Part shown: piece after piece, positions 38,210-48,223 of the stretch
Layout: every line of letters begins with the position of its first letter
Numbering within the stretch: the stretch's first letter is position 1
IMG/VR virus record: IMGVR_UViG_3300021167_000382
Coordinates: 96,001 to 160,000 of that record
Reading direction: 5' to 3' (one strand)
DNA from: a virus
Lineage: Duplodnaviria > Caudoviricetes
DNA: 64,000 bases
Notes under the pieces: model-generated
The model's database searches: none
What the model saw: only the letters and a program-made list of their open reading frames with translations
Told to the model about the DNA's origin: nothing
Translations under genes and position numbers: made by a program

Positions 38210-40732
38210 CTAACTGATGATGGCGCAACTGTTATAGGTAAGATGTTTCGGCATAGAGACATTCGCGTCACAGAGAACTGTGATATCCGCTGCACTTAAA
38301 CTAGAGTAGCCGTTTTCATAATGGCTGATTAGAAAAACCTGACTTACATTGGCTTCATCGATGAGATACTCGATGATGCTATAAGCTGCTTTTCGATGCG
38401 CGTCATCCATCTTGACAGCGAATTCATCCAAGAACACAGGATGATGTTCGAAGCCCATGAATCGCATACAGGTGATCACGCACGCTAGGTGGATGATTTC
38501 ACGCATACCGCTAGACGTACTTGCGATATCTGGAGAACTGCCTGTGTTGTTTACATTCACAATGAATTTGTAATCCAGATCGATCTCATCATCACCTTCA
38601 GGCTTGATGGTGTCTAGAGATAACGGATAGCTCCATACTTTTGCAATGAACCGGTTCACTCGTTCAATGAACGTATTAATAAATAGACTCATTCCTTGCG
38701 CAATCAGTCCAGTTTTAGGAGAAAGTGCATCGATGGCTATGTTAACTAAACGAAGCTCGTCCTTATAACTCTGGATAGAGACCTCTGTATTTTGAATCAC
38801 TGCTTTCTTCATTGAGACCTGGGCAACAGAACGTTCTTTTTGAACAATTTCAGTTTTCAGGTTATTAATGAGATCACCAAGAACCCCGTCCAAGTAAGTT
38901 TCTATGGTACACTGTTCAAGTTTCTTAATCTCAGTTTGAAGATGGCTGAAACGTCCATAGAGGTCATAGATCTCCTTCATGGTCGATAGTTCTTCTTGTA
39001 ATGTAGAGGACATCAGCGTTAGTGTTGTGACACGCTGCTGAACCGTCTGGATAGTTTCTTCAAGCTCACGGAAAGCTTCCTTAAGCTTACCTTTGTTTTT
39101 GTTCAAGGCTGCTTCATACACAGCTTTCAATCGAAGCTTCTCATCGAGCAGCTTGTTACAGTTATCTAACATGGATAACGCTGAAAGATGTTGCTTCAGT
39201 CGCGTAGATTCATGTAAGAATCGTTCAGGGTATTTAGAGAAGACATTCTCTTTAGCCAAGTAGTTCCAGAAGGGTGACAGTGCTTCATACTGCTCCATTG
39301 TACTGGTCACAGTTCGCCGAACTTGAATGTAGTGATCGAACTCAGCCTTCAGCGCTCGCAGTCGTTCTATTTCTTTTGTTCGACGGTCGTAAGACTCTTG
39401 AGTAACCTTCAGATCATTCTGAAGATGTTGGAACTTGCTTAAGCTGTAGCCAAGGTGCCACGAATGGTTACAGTTTGGACAAGACACTTCGGCTTGTTCC
39501 TTAGATTTAAGCATGTCATCTATCTGAGTCTTGCTATAAGAGATCATACCAGCTTCACGACGATAAATATCTTCATGCATTAGGAGATCGTCCGCTACCT
39601 TCTTGTAACTGGAAGGCGTTACATCAGTGACTTCAGCTCTTTCAGAATAAGGCTGTAGTTCATCAGCACAATGCTGGAGCGCAGTGAGTGACATGGATAA
39701 CATATCCAACAGGTATCCCGGTTTATGAACGTCAAACGTAAATATCCAGGGTATGTCCATCTCAAGTAACTGACTTGTCGCTGTCTTCTTAGCGGTCAGT
39801 TCTTCGATCTCGTCTTTCAGTTTACCAAAATCAAGAGAATCGACTACTTGAAACTCTCTTAACTCCGATTCTATTTTCAGGTGTTGCTCGTAGCGTATTT
39901 TGAGTTCTTTTCTAGACTCGGTTAGCTGGTGCGATGTCGTTTGATACGCCGCCTCTAGTTCGTCTAATGATTTCCTAGAAGCAATACGCTCGTAGCGTGC
40001 GAACGCATCGGTGATCTCACACTGTAACGTATTATAAAGTTCAACGGAGGCACTACGTTGATGTTCAATGGTTCTCGGATCAACAGAAGTGATTTCTTTC
40101 GACATCAGAAGTGACTCGAGAATACCCCTCATCTCTTCAGCTTCGCGTTTTACGACGATTTCTTGCTCTGGGGTAAGCAACCCCTCAATCTCGCTCGATA
40201 AACGCTTCTGGAGCTGTGTAACGGTACCTTGTAGATCCCGTGCTCTATCCTTAAGGCGATTGAAGTACTGGAAAGCGTAAGTGTAGTCGACGTTATTCAT
40301 ACTCATGAAGAGTTTACGTCGGTCATTCACACTCAGTTCATGGAACAAAACTCGACCCGTCATCAACGCATGGAGTTCAGCGCTGTAGTTAAAGTGTTCT
40401 TTAACCAGTTCTTTAAAAACAGTCACAGTTCGACCTGGATTCAGGTTGACGCCATCACAGTAGAATTCAAAGAGATTGCCTTCAGCTGGAAAGCTTGAGA
40501 CTAGATAGTATTCCTTCCCTCGGAATTCAATCCAAATTTCCTTACTCCCACCTTTTCGGTATTCGGCAGGCACTGCTGGTAGGGGTGAGAGTTCTTTCAT
40601 CAATGAGGATTTACCGCTACCATTACTTCCAAGGATGATCTGTGTCTTTTCCTTAGGAGTGTATTCAATCCGATCAATCGATCGAAGGCTTAGCCGAAGA
40701 AAGCCTGTGAGAATCAGTTTTGTTATTTTCAT
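38210..40732 (-). CDS. sbcC: SbcC/Rad50-like SMC ATPase (phiKZ gp165-like)
   Basis: Walker A GSNGSGKSS, long coiled coils, CPNC zinc hook, SSG signature, FLDE Walker B, ISH. Confidence 0.92.
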   Translation of the reverse strand: MKITKLILTGFLRLSLRSIDRIEYTPKEKTQIILGSNGSGKSSLMKELSPLPAVPAEYRKGGSKEIWIEFRGKEYYLVSSFPAEGNLFEFYCDGVNLNPGRTVTVFKELVKEHFNYSAELHALMTGRVLFHELSVNDRRKLFMSMNNVDYTYAFQYFNRLKDRARDLQGTVTQLQKRLSSEIEGLLTPEQEIVVKREAEEMRGILESLLMSKEITSVDPRTIEHQRSASVELYNTLQCEITDAFARYERIASRKSLDELEAAYQTTSHQLTESRKELKIRYEQHLKIESELREFQVVDSLDFGKLKDEIEELTAKKTATSQLLEMDIPWIFTFDVHKPGYLLDMLSMSLTALQHCADELQPYSERAEVTDVTPSSYKKVADDLLMHEDIYRREAGMISYSKTQIDDMLKSKEQAEVSCPNCNHSWHLGYSLSKFQHLQNDLKVTQESYDRRTKEIERLRALKAEFDHYIQVRRTVTSTMEQYEALSPFWNYLAKENVFSKYPERFLHESTRLKQHLSALSMLDNCNKLLDEKLRLKAVYEAALNKNKGKLKEAFRELEETIQTVQQRVTTLTLMSSTLQEELSTMKEIYDLYGRFSHLQTEIKKLEQCTIETYLDGVLGDLINNLKTEIVQKERSVAQVSMKKAVIQNTEVSIQSYKDELRLVNIAIDALSPKTGLIAQGMSLFINTFIERVNRFIAKVWSYPLSLDTIKPEGDDEIDLDYKFIVNVNNTGSSPDIASTSSGMREIIHLACVITCMRFMGFEHHPVFLDEFAVKMDDAHRKAAYSIIEYLIDEANVSQVFLISHYENGYSSLSAADITVLCDANVSMPKHLTYNSCAIIS

Positions 40733-41127
40733 GTTCGAAACTCATAGTAGAGTTGACGGTATTGTTCTGACAGTTGACCTAGCATACCGTAATCAACACC
40801 AGTGATTACTGAGATAACTTGACCTTGGGCACAGTAATGAAGAATCGTTTCTTTTCCATCTACCATTAAAGCTTCTAACGCTGAAGCCACTTCATCCGTG
40901 TCAAGTTGAGTATAGTGCTCCGATGTATCTCTTTGCTTAAACAGTTCAACATTAATTCGCTCAGTCTCACTGTGGCCAAGAAATCCATGATCCTTGAGAT
41001 AGTTTTTTCTAATCAATCTCGACCATCTGAAAAAGGGTTGTTCCATATCTGAAGTGACTAGGAAGTAACCAGTTTTAACATGGTAATGGTTAGGTATCTC
41101 AGGATGAGGTATGAAGATTTCATTCAT
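40729..41127 (-). CDS. Hypothetical protein (132 aa)
   Basis: ATGA overlap with the sbcC start. Confidence 0.7.
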   Translation of the reverse strand: MNEIFIPHPEIPNHYHVKTGYFLVTSDMEQPFFRWSRLIRKNYLKDHGFLGHSETERINVELFKQRDTSEHYTQLDTDEVASALEALMVDGKETILHYCAQGQVISVITGVDYGMLGQLSEQYRQLYYEFRT

Positions 41128-41214
41128 CTTTTTAACCTATTATCCATAACTAAAGGATAGGGCGCTGGCGAGTAAAAATAAAGAGTCGGTGGGTATCTTC
41201 TGACATAACTTTTA

Positions 41215-42186
41215 ATGGTGATTAACATGGCTCTAAATGATGAAAATAGTGGCGGATATCGTTTCTATTCACTAGGTATCGTCGTGGTCGATAAGGAAGA
41301 GGGTAGTGATACCATCACGGTTACACCGATTGAAGATTTCTCTATGGAACTGGGTGAGTTATCTTCTACGGATCGTAAGAAAGAATCAACGACCGCGAAT
41401 TCGGCAGGTGTGAAGAAGACCTCGAATATTGAAGGGGGTAGTACCGTAGAAGCAAGATGGGTTCCGCTCTCAAACCCTAATCGCGATAATGCCCCGGACG
41501 TCTATCGGTCAGAAACGGTCATGTTGTATAAATATGCCGATACCCAAGACTATTACTGGACTACATTCTTCCGTGAACCTTCGTTACGAGGTCGGGAACG
41601 GGCACGGACTGCACTTTCTAATAAAGATGCAGGTGGCGAAGCGTATAACCCGGACTCGTCTTACTGGGTAGAGATCGATACGAAGTATAAGCACATGAAG
41701 ATTCATACGTCGGATAATGACGGTGAACCAACGACTTACGATATCACGATCAATACCAAGCAAGGAACGATTACTGTTGAAGATAAACTCGGTAACAGTA
41801 TTCTGCTAGAATCAGTGCCTGGACATCTAGAAGTGACCACTGAACAAAGTGTCACTGTGAATACACGACGTTATGTGTTGAACGCTACTGAGTCCGTGGA
41901 GATCAATACACCGAAGTACACACTGAATGCGAATTCAACCGCTGAAGTCAATACGCCTGACCATACGCTGAACGCTGACAAAGCTGAAACGAATGGGACA
42001 CTTAACCAGGTGAATAGTGAACTTGTCGCTACAGAAGGTTTCCATTTGTCAGGTGGTTCTGGAAGTAGTACAGGTACCTTCGTGGGTAACTTTAAAGTCC
42101 AAGGCAATATTGACGTTGATGCTAATATCACAGCTGCTGGTAGTATCATTGACGGCGGCGGGAATACTAATCACCACAGCCACTGA
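41215..42186 (+). CDS. Baseplate central spike/tail tip protein (phiKZ gp164-like)
   Basis: OB-like N-terminus (ARWVP..N..R..APDV...E.V), beta-helix repeats (V.iNT..Y.LNA) and C-terminal HHSH metal-binding apex. Confidence 0.85.
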   Translation: MVINMALNDENSGGYRFYSLGIVVVDKEEGSDTITVTPIEDFSMELGELSSTDRKKESTTANSAGVKKTSNIEGGSTVEARWVPLSNPNRDNAPDVYRSETVMLYKYADTQDYYWTTFFREPSLRGRERARTALSNKDAGGEAYNPDSSYWVEIDTKYKHMKIHTSDNDGEPTTYDITINTKQGTITVEDKLGNSILLESVPGHLEVTTEQSVTVNTRRYVLNATESVEINTPKYTLNANSTAEVNTPDHTLNADKAETNGTLNQVNSELVATEGFHLSGGSGSSTGTFVGNFKVQGNIDVDANITAAGSIIDGGGNTNHHSH

Positions 42187-42190
42187 GTAA

Positions 42191-42222
42191 ACAGAGGGAG
42201 AGGCATTCGCCTCTCCCTCTGT
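42191..42222. terminator. Bidirectional hairpin terminator
   Basis: ACAGAGGGAGAGGC-ATTC-GCCTCTCCCTCTGT. Confidence 0.85.
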
Positions 42223-42227
42223 ACGTA

Positions 42228-42875
42228 TTACCAAAAATGAGGCCCAAGAACAATTTGATTCTCTTCAAGCACCGTAACTCGATCTTCAAGTGTCGATACA
42301 CGAGCATCGTTAGATGCCATATATGACATGAATGCCATATTAAGAGAACTGATCACGCTGTTAACTGCAGCGATTGCAGTGCTGAGTTCAACCTTAGTCG
42401 CGTAATTACCAAGCTGCTGTGTGATTGAACTAACGTCGTTCTGTAGCATCATCAGTGCATTAGTAATCGGCTGAAGTGCGACATTGATCGCTGTTTGAAC
42501 ATCTTGGATACTAGCCTTACTTTGAATGGCCAGTTGCAACGAATCGACGGCTTGGGTCAGTGTTTCGAGACTAACCACATTTCCAAACTGCTGAACAAAC
42601 AGATTCCATTCTTCACGGCTAACTACGTCTGCCGCATCTACCTTTTGAAGCAGTGCTTGCTGAGTTGCTGTTGAAATGGGTTTGTCAAGATCTGACGTGT
42701 TATTGACATTCTCAAGACCAAGACGAGTTTTCGTAATCAGAGACAGCAGCGTACTGAGTAATACGCGATAATCTCGTCCATTGTAGACGACATACAACTG
42801 CATGCTGTCGTCAGCGGCAGTCGCAAGTGTCCGTGTGAGTAGATTTTTACCTTCACCTGCCACGGGGACCTCCAA
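42228..42875 (-). CDS. Fibre-type coiled-coil protein with phage tail-repeat motif
   Basis: LGLENVNNTSDLDKPISTATQQAL motif; RVSTLEDRVTVLE trimeric coil; ends in W. Confidence 0.75.
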   Translation of the reverse strand: MEVPVAGEGKNLLTRTLATAADDSMQLYVVYNGRDYRVLLSTLLSLITKTRLGLENVNNTSDLDKPISTATQQALLQKVDAADVVSREEWNLFVQQFGNVVSLETLTQAVDSLQLAIQSKASIQDVQTAINVALQPITNALMMLQNDVSSITQQLGNYATKVELSTAIAAVNSVISSLNMAFMSYMASNDARVSTLEDRVTVLEENQIVLGPHFW

Positions 42876-42920
42876 GTTAATCTTTAGTGATTTCGTACCA
42901 TCAGATTACACCCGGCATAA

Positions 42921-42944
42921 ACTAGGAGCCCGAAGGCCCCTAGT
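42921..42944. terminator. Hairpin terminator
   Basis: ACTAGGAGCC-CGAA-GGCCCCTAGT (UUCG loop on the minus strand). Confidence 0.7.
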
Positions 42945-42977
42945 CTACGTAGTGATTTTTAGAGGAAGATCCTCAGA

Positions 42978-44222
42978 TTACCACTCGCTGCCGGTGTGCT
43001 GAACGGTAGCAACCAGTTGACCGTTGAAGGTCAGCAGGCCACCGGACTCACCCAGCTTGGCCAGGAGAGCTTGGTTCAGGTCCATGAAGTTCATGGATTC
43101 GTATTCAGCAACCTTGGAGAACGAATCGTCAGCCAGGTTGTAGAAGTACATGGCAGCGCCAACATCGACGGTAGCATCACCGGTAGCATCAGCAACCAGA
43201 ACGAACGAAGACTTGGTCAGAACCAGTGCGTCACGAGCAGCGATGTCAGCTGCGAAGACGGCGGAGTTGGTCATGTCCAGAGCGCCGATAGCGGTGGCGA
43301 TCTTGGTGTCGGTCGTGTTCAGGATGGCAACCTTTTCAGCGGCCAGCTTGGTGTCGCTGTAGGACTGAGCAGCAGACTGAGCATTGGCGATGGCGGTGCC
43401 GAGATCGGAACGAACCAGAGCTTCGCGGGTATCCGTGTAGGTCTTGGCAGTGTTCAGGGCAACGGTGTCGGCGGCAGCAAAGTCAGTGCGGATGACGGCT
43501 TCACGTGCGTCCGTGTAGGCCTTGGCTTCGGTAACGCCAACGCCAGTACCCGAGGCCATGTCGGCACGGATCGCGGCTTCACGGGTGTCGGTATAGGCGC
43601 CAGCAGTAGCGACGGAGGCAGCATCACCGGCAACCAGATCGGTGCGGATGGCAACTTCACGTGCATCGGTGTAAGCGGTCGAGGCAGTTTCGTTGGCGGA
43701 CAGACCGGCATCGGTGTAAGCCTTAGCAGCGACCAGGCCGGCAGCATCAGCAGCAGCGAAATCGGTACGGAGGACAGTTTCACGACCATCGGTGTAAGCC
43801 TTGCCAGCATTCAGAGAAGCCGTGTCACCAGCCGCGATCACCAGAGCCTGAGCAGCATCTTGACCATCAGCATAGACCTTGGCAGCAGCCAGAGCAGCGG
43901 CATCGCCAGCGGTCAGATCAGTACGGATAGCGACTTCACGGGCATCGGTGTAAGCCTTACCGGCGTTCAGGGTGGTGGTGTCACCAGCAGCCAGTTCGGA
44001 ACGGATAGCGGCAGCTTCGGCAGCCAGAGCAGCGGAAGCGCTACCGGCAGCGGCGTCGATCAGTGCCTGAACTTGGGCAGTGGTCTTGGTCTTTTTGATA
44101 ACGTCACCGGTCTGGCCAGTAACGACGATCTGCAGGCCGTCGGCGGTTTCGTCGCCGGTCATGTAGATGGTGTTGGCAGCCAGGGTAACCGGCAGAACGA
44201 GTACGCGTGCGATATTCAGCAT
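42978..44222 (-). CDS. Putative virion fibre/decoration protein with 26-aa AKAYTD coiled-coil repeats
   Basis: About 8 copies of AGD...L.A.KAYTD.RE..IRTD..; AGGAG RBS; strongly GC-biased codons. Confidence 0.8.
   Translation of the reverse strand: MLNIARVLVLPVTLAANTIYMTGDETADGLQIVVTGQTGDVIKKTKTTAQVQALIDAAAGSASAALAAEAAAIRSELAAGDTTTLNAGKAYTDAREVAIRTDLTAGDAAALAAAKVYADGQDAAQALVIAAGDTASLNAGKAYTDGRETVLRTDFAAADAAGLVAAKAYTDAGLSANETASTAYTDAREVAIRTDLVAGDAASVATAGAYTDTREAAIRADMASGTGVGVTEAKAYTDAREAVIRTDFAAADTVALNTAKTYTDTREALVRSDLGTAIANAQSAAQSYSDTKLAAEKVAILNTTDTKIATAIGALDMTNSAVFAADIAARDALVLTKSSFVLVADATGDATVDVGAAMYFYNLADDSFSKVAEYESMNFMDLNQALLAKLGESGGLLTFNGQLVATVQHTGSEW
43330..44010 (-). repeat. Degenerate 78-bp coding tandem repeat
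   Basis: Recurrent (T)CGGTGTAAGCC/CGTGTAGG units encoding AYTD. Confidence 0.75.
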
Positions 44223-44245
44223 GTAAAACTCCTAAAGATGTGGGG

Positions 44246-44270
44246 TCCAGTGGAATGATATTCCACTGGA
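44246..44270. terminator. Hairpin
   Basis: TCCAGTGGAAT-GAT-ATTCCACTGGA. Confidence 0.6.
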
Positions 44271-44311
44271 TATTACAAGAGGAAAAACAGAGAAAGAGCG
44301 ACTACAGCAGG

Positions 44312-44728
44312 TTAGATCTCAACCCATTGAGTCGAGTTACCGTCATTGTACTGGTAATGCATCACAGACGACGAAGGCTTGAACCAATACGGGTTAGTGT
44401 TCGGCAGTTCCGGTGGCGTCTCGGATTCGAGCGGCGAGGCACTCTGAACTTCCATCGACGGCATCCATACAGGACCCTTACCCGGATCAGGCTGAACTTG
44501 AACAAAGAGTTTACCTTGCATCGGTTCAAACCAGAAAGGATTCGAATTTGGCACCGGGGGTTCGGTTTCAGACAGGATAGGCATCTGCGTCATCACAACC
44601 GGTGCTACGTTTTCCGGCAGCGTGTTCGTGAAGAGATCCCAGCGACCAGCGTTGAACTGGAACTTACGACCATTCGGGAGAATGTCGACCTGACCTTGCG
44701 TAGGATTTTGGGTAAATTGATAAGGCAT
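44312..44728 (-). CDS. Fibre-associated protein with two PP..P...PFW...L.VQ...W modules
   Basis: Internal duplication; module shared with 44743..45153; AGGAG RBS. Confidence 0.75.
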   Translation of the reverse strand: MPYQFTQNPTQGQVDILPNGRKFQFNAGRWDLFTNTLPENVAPVVMTQMPILSETEPPVPNSNPFWFEPMQGKLFVQVQPDPGKGPVWMPSMEVQSASPLESETPPELPNTNPYWFKPSSSVMHYQYNDGNSTQWVEI

Positions 44729-44742
44729 ATTGTTCTCCTATC

Positions 44743-45153
44743 TCACCATTCCATTGCGCCAATTTTGGCGTAGGTTTCGTCGTGGTTATGGTCAGCGCGA
44801 GCCATGTCCGGAGACGTGCCGGTGCCACCAAACTCAGGGACATAGTGGGAAGGAATGGCCTCGACCCACTGCACGCTCTGACCGTCGTTATACTGAACGT
44901 AAAGCGTGAAAGTGGACGTGTTCATCCAGAACGGGGTATCGTTCGGAAGAGCCGGCGGGAGATCCTGGTAAGCGACCGTCGAACCAAGAACTTCGCTCTT
45001 GGTCGGAATGTGAGAGATCAGAGAACCGTCAGCCGAAGTCAGCCAGAGTTCAAGATTCCCATTGTTCCGTACGAAGTACAGGGTATCGCTAGGATACATT
45101 CCCTGCCCATCCGGTACCGGAACACTGGTCACCTTCTTGATTTGCATAACCAT
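44743..45153 (-). CDS. Fibre-associated protein (IKKV..P...TLYF N-terminus; ARADHNH motif)
   Basis: N-terminus related to 42978..44222 and 48705..49121; ARADHxH motif seen in tail fibres. Confidence 0.75.
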   Translation of the reverse strand: MVMQIKKVTSVPVPDGQGMYPSDTLYFVRNNGNLELWLTSADGSLISHIPTKSEVLGSTVAYQDLPPALPNDTPFWMNTSTFTLYVQYNDGQSVQWVEAIPSHYVPEFGGTGTSPDMARADHNHDETYAKIGAMEW

Positions 45154-45215
45154 AGTTAATCCTTCATGAAGGGGTTGTTGACGTGATAGCCACTTAATCT
45201 TAAGAATTCATTATC

Positions 45216-45249
45216 GACAGATGGGTAGGGTTTTCCCTACCCATCTGTC
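45216..45249. terminator. Hairpin terminator
   Basis: GACAGATGGGTAGGG-TTTT-CCCTACCCATCTGTC. Confidence 0.8.
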
Positions 45250-45270
45250 AGTCTTTTAACATTTGTTACT

Positions 45271-48219
45271 TTAACCCAAAGTTTGGATCAAACGTTCTTC
45301 AACGATAGCGAGGTCACTGCGAATATCGACAATCGTAGCACCCGGTTCAATCGCAGCAAGGTCCGGTAGGATTGCTGACCGAACTAGATCCGCAGTCGAT
45401 GTTCTGTCTGCGATGGTTAGAGAAGCAGAAAGCTTCGTCCAAAGTGCAAAAGACAGCAGTAGCCCACTGGTGTTCTTCTGAACTGGTTTGAAATTCGGAT
45501 ACTGAACAAGAACCTCGGGTTCTACTTCCACATAGATCGGAAGGTAGATCCCTGTATCCGGCAGCACCGTGACACTGTCTGCAATTTTTCCGTAGAATTT
45601 ATTTGTCTTGAGGACAAGTCCCCCATCTACAAACTTATAGATATCCACGGTTCCTGAAACCAAGGCACCTGCTGCAGCCATATAGCCCAGCTTAACCAAG
45701 TAGTAGTGTAGTGCATCCAGGACCATCTCTGGCGCATACTGACTCATGTCCATGTTCACTGCAAGGAAGACGCCGCCTTGTGCATCGATACCTGCAGAGA
45801 AATGCGTTGAAAGCATGTCACGTGTGACTGTGTCGAGAGACGGCGAAATGGTCTCAGGAATCATCGTGATATTATTGGCACCTGGGAAATTCCCCATGCC
45901 ACTGATCAACTTTGGCTTATAGCCATAGCTATGAACATAAACCACGATGTTATCGTTAGAGTTCACATCCAGATAGCGCTCTGTTTGATTGTACGCCCAG
46001 CCTGTGATCGGATTACCGCCATAGAACGTCCCGTTGATCATGATTAAGCTAGATAGACCAATACCGTCAGCCGAAGCAATCGTCATGCGTTCTTTATAGT
46101 CTAGCGTAATATCAGGACCACTGTTCACCACGACGGTTGTTGGTGGCGGCTGAACGATGATACTTCCACCACTGATATTAACCAGTGTCAGAGTTCCCTG
46201 AATTGACGCCGTGCGAAGATCGTAAGTACCTGCGACGGTCAGTCGAAGGGTTACATCATGAAGCGATGGATTCCAGATACCTGTAGTAGAGCGCACCACA
46301 GTACCATGATAAACATCACCAACCACATCACCAGTCAGTACGCCATTGATGTAGAGATTTCCAGTTAAGGAATTAGCGCCTGTGTAGAGTACACCACTGG
46401 ACAGACCAAGGGCAGAATCATTCACAGTGAGGTCAACATTCGACAGGAATAAGATCTCAGATGTCAGGGAAGCATCGATTGGATTACGAATACCGATGAC
46501 GGTTTGATTGTAGTAAGCTGCCCAGTCTCTGACCTGTTGTACGGTAGAAAGACTGGTGTAAGCTGAGACATTTGAATAACTGTCAATAATGGTAGCATCC
46601 GGCACCATTACTGCAATGGCGTTATCCACACCACCACCCGTAACATTGATCGATAACTTACATGGCTCATAGCCATAAAGCTCAAAATGAGCATTCCAGG
46701 TTCCGGTAGAACCAGCTGGATAGTAAAGTTGCACTGAGGAACCAGCGACTATAGCGTTATACTGTTCGACGTTGTTGTTATCTGTAACTCGCAAACGAGT
46801 ACCAGGTTGGCTTATGGCGATGTTGATTTCTTCACGCGTCCCAGAGTCATCTGTATAAATACCAGTCAAGCTACCTGGATTCTGAATAACCAACGTCCCG
46901 ACAATGACAAGTATTCCGTTAGCGATAGTGAGTTTGCTTTGAGAGATTGCGAATTGAGCAATCTGTGAAGTCCAGTGCTTCCATGCATTATAGACTTCTT
47001 GGATATCACGACCTTCAGTGATCGTTACGGTCACTTTTCCTGTGCCGCTATTGTAAGAGAAGTTAACACCTGTGATCGCTGCGGCCTGGGAGTAAGTCCC
47101 TGTAAAATTAGGATCACGAACGTGACCTACTTCAGAAGGATCACTACTACTTCCAATCTTAACAGTCGGCGTGACGTTCAATACGGATTCGATAATGTCC
47201 GCTCGACGGATCTTTCGAAGCCAGATGATGTTCTTCAATGTGAAGTTACGGATTGTTGCTGGATCAGAAAGTCCTGAGGACCGCGTTGTTCCGCTGTCAA
47301 CGGTATTCTGAACTAACAGCGTTGTTCCGGGATACTCCGTCACACCGTCAGTCAAGTACCCGTTTGAATTCACAGAACGAGTGAAACCGGCTTGAGAAGA
47401 AGTTCCAGAAGAGGCTGTCGGTGTGAAATCAACATTCGCACCGCTTAACGTAACACCGTCAAGAATGAACTTCTCATACCGCGTAAACGATTTGAAACAG
47501 AGTTCAGTGCCAGCAGCTGGTGTCAGATTGATTGCAATCTTCGAAAGATTGATCGTGGAATCGATGAATCGGAAGCGGTTAGCCGCGTTACCACCACCTA
47601 ACCATGCATCATACGTCGTATAACCAGCAACCCCGTCAGCGCCCGTGTAAGTTGTACCTACTAGAGTACCAGATCCAAAGACAACATCGCGAATCGTGAG
47701 ATCACCAGCTTCCCAGTTCAGCAAATTGATGCCGCAGTTTTTATACTGCATATTCTGAAATACTAAAGGTGCACCGGAGACTTCATGGACATAGATACCA
47801 TCCAGAATAGAAGAATCCAGAATCGCTTGATTCCCTGCTTGGGTATAAACAAAAGCCAAACCACCAGCGCCAGTTTTCACCGAACGAACTTCGCTTCGAA
47901 CCAGCGAAGTGAAACGAATATTCTTCCGTGCAGTAGTTAGGTTCCAATGCACCATGCTGTCAGTGAGATTCACTTGTGCGTTGGTATCGCCATTGTTAGT
48001 ACCATAGCTCAGCGCATAATCACGATTATTAATCTTGATCAGAGAATTCAGAAAATTCAACCGAGTACCAACAGCATTGTTAGAAACCAACGCACTATCG
48101 ACGTCTAACGTGATAGCTTCATCCTGGCAAGTAGCGACCATCCCTGCCGCTTTAGTTTGAGCACTGGTGACACGATAGACACCACTGGTCATTGTTGCTG
48201 TGATATTTGTTATGGACAT
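45271..48219 (-). CDS. Large beta-rich protein, putative tail fibre/receptor-binding protein (982 aa)
   Basis: T/G/S/N/V-rich composition; located in the fibre cluster. Confidence 0.6.
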   Translation of the reverse strand: MSITNITATMTSGVYRVTSAQTKAAGMVATCQDEAITLDVDSALVSNNAVGTRLNFLNSLIKINNRDYALSYGTNNGDTNAQVNLTDSMVHWNLTTARKNIRFTSLVRSEVRSVKTGAGGLAFVYTQAGNQAILDSSILDGIYVHEVSGAPLVFQNMQYKNCGINLLNWEAGDLTIRDVVFGSGTLVGTTYTGADGVAGYTTYDAWLGGGNAANRFRFIDSTINLSKIAINLTPAAGTELCFKSFTRYEKFILDGVTLSGANVDFTPTASSGTSSQAGFTRSVNSNGYLTDGVTEYPGTTLLVQNTVDSGTTRSSGLSDPATIRNFTLKNIIWLRKIRRADIIESVLNVTPTVKIGSSSDPSEVGHVRDPNFTGTYSQAAAITGVNFSYNSGTGKVTVTITEGRDIQEVYNAWKHWTSQIAQFAISQSKLTIANGILVIVGTLVIQNPGSLTGIYTDDSGTREEINIAISQPGTRLRVTDNNNVEQYNAIVAGSSVQLYYPAGSTGTWNAHFELYGYEPCKLSINVTGGGVDNAIAVMVPDATIIDSYSNVSAYTSLSTVQQVRDWAAYYNQTVIGIRNPIDASLTSEILFLSNVDLTVNDSALGLSSGVLYTGANSLTGNLYINGVLTGDVVGDVYHGTVVRSTTGIWNPSLHDVTLRLTVAGTYDLRTASIQGTLTLVNISGGSIIVQPPPTTVVVNSGPDITLDYKERMTIASADGIGLSSLIMINGTFYGGNPITGWAYNQTERYLDVNSNDNIVVYVHSYGYKPKLISGMGNFPGANNITMIPETISPSLDTVTRDMLSTHFSAGIDAQGGVFLAVNMDMSQYAPEMVLDALHYYLVKLGYMAAAGALVSGTVDIYKFVDGGLVLKTNKFYGKIADSVTVLPDTGIYLPIYVEVEPEVLVQYPNFKPVQKNTSGLLLSFALWTKLSASLTIADRTSTADLVRSAILPDLAAIEPGATIVDIRSDLAIVEERLIQTLG

Positions 48220-48223
48220 TTAC

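Noticed and set aside
43330-44010. Repeats as a possible CRISPR array or DGR repeat pair
   Set aside because: Degenerate in-frame coding repeats with no constant repeat/unique spacer pattern; no cas or reverse transcriptase gene in the window
42996-44258. 420-aa ORF on the + strand
   Set aside because: Antisense shadow of the GC-biased repeat gene 42978..44222; no convincing RBS and no recognisable motifs
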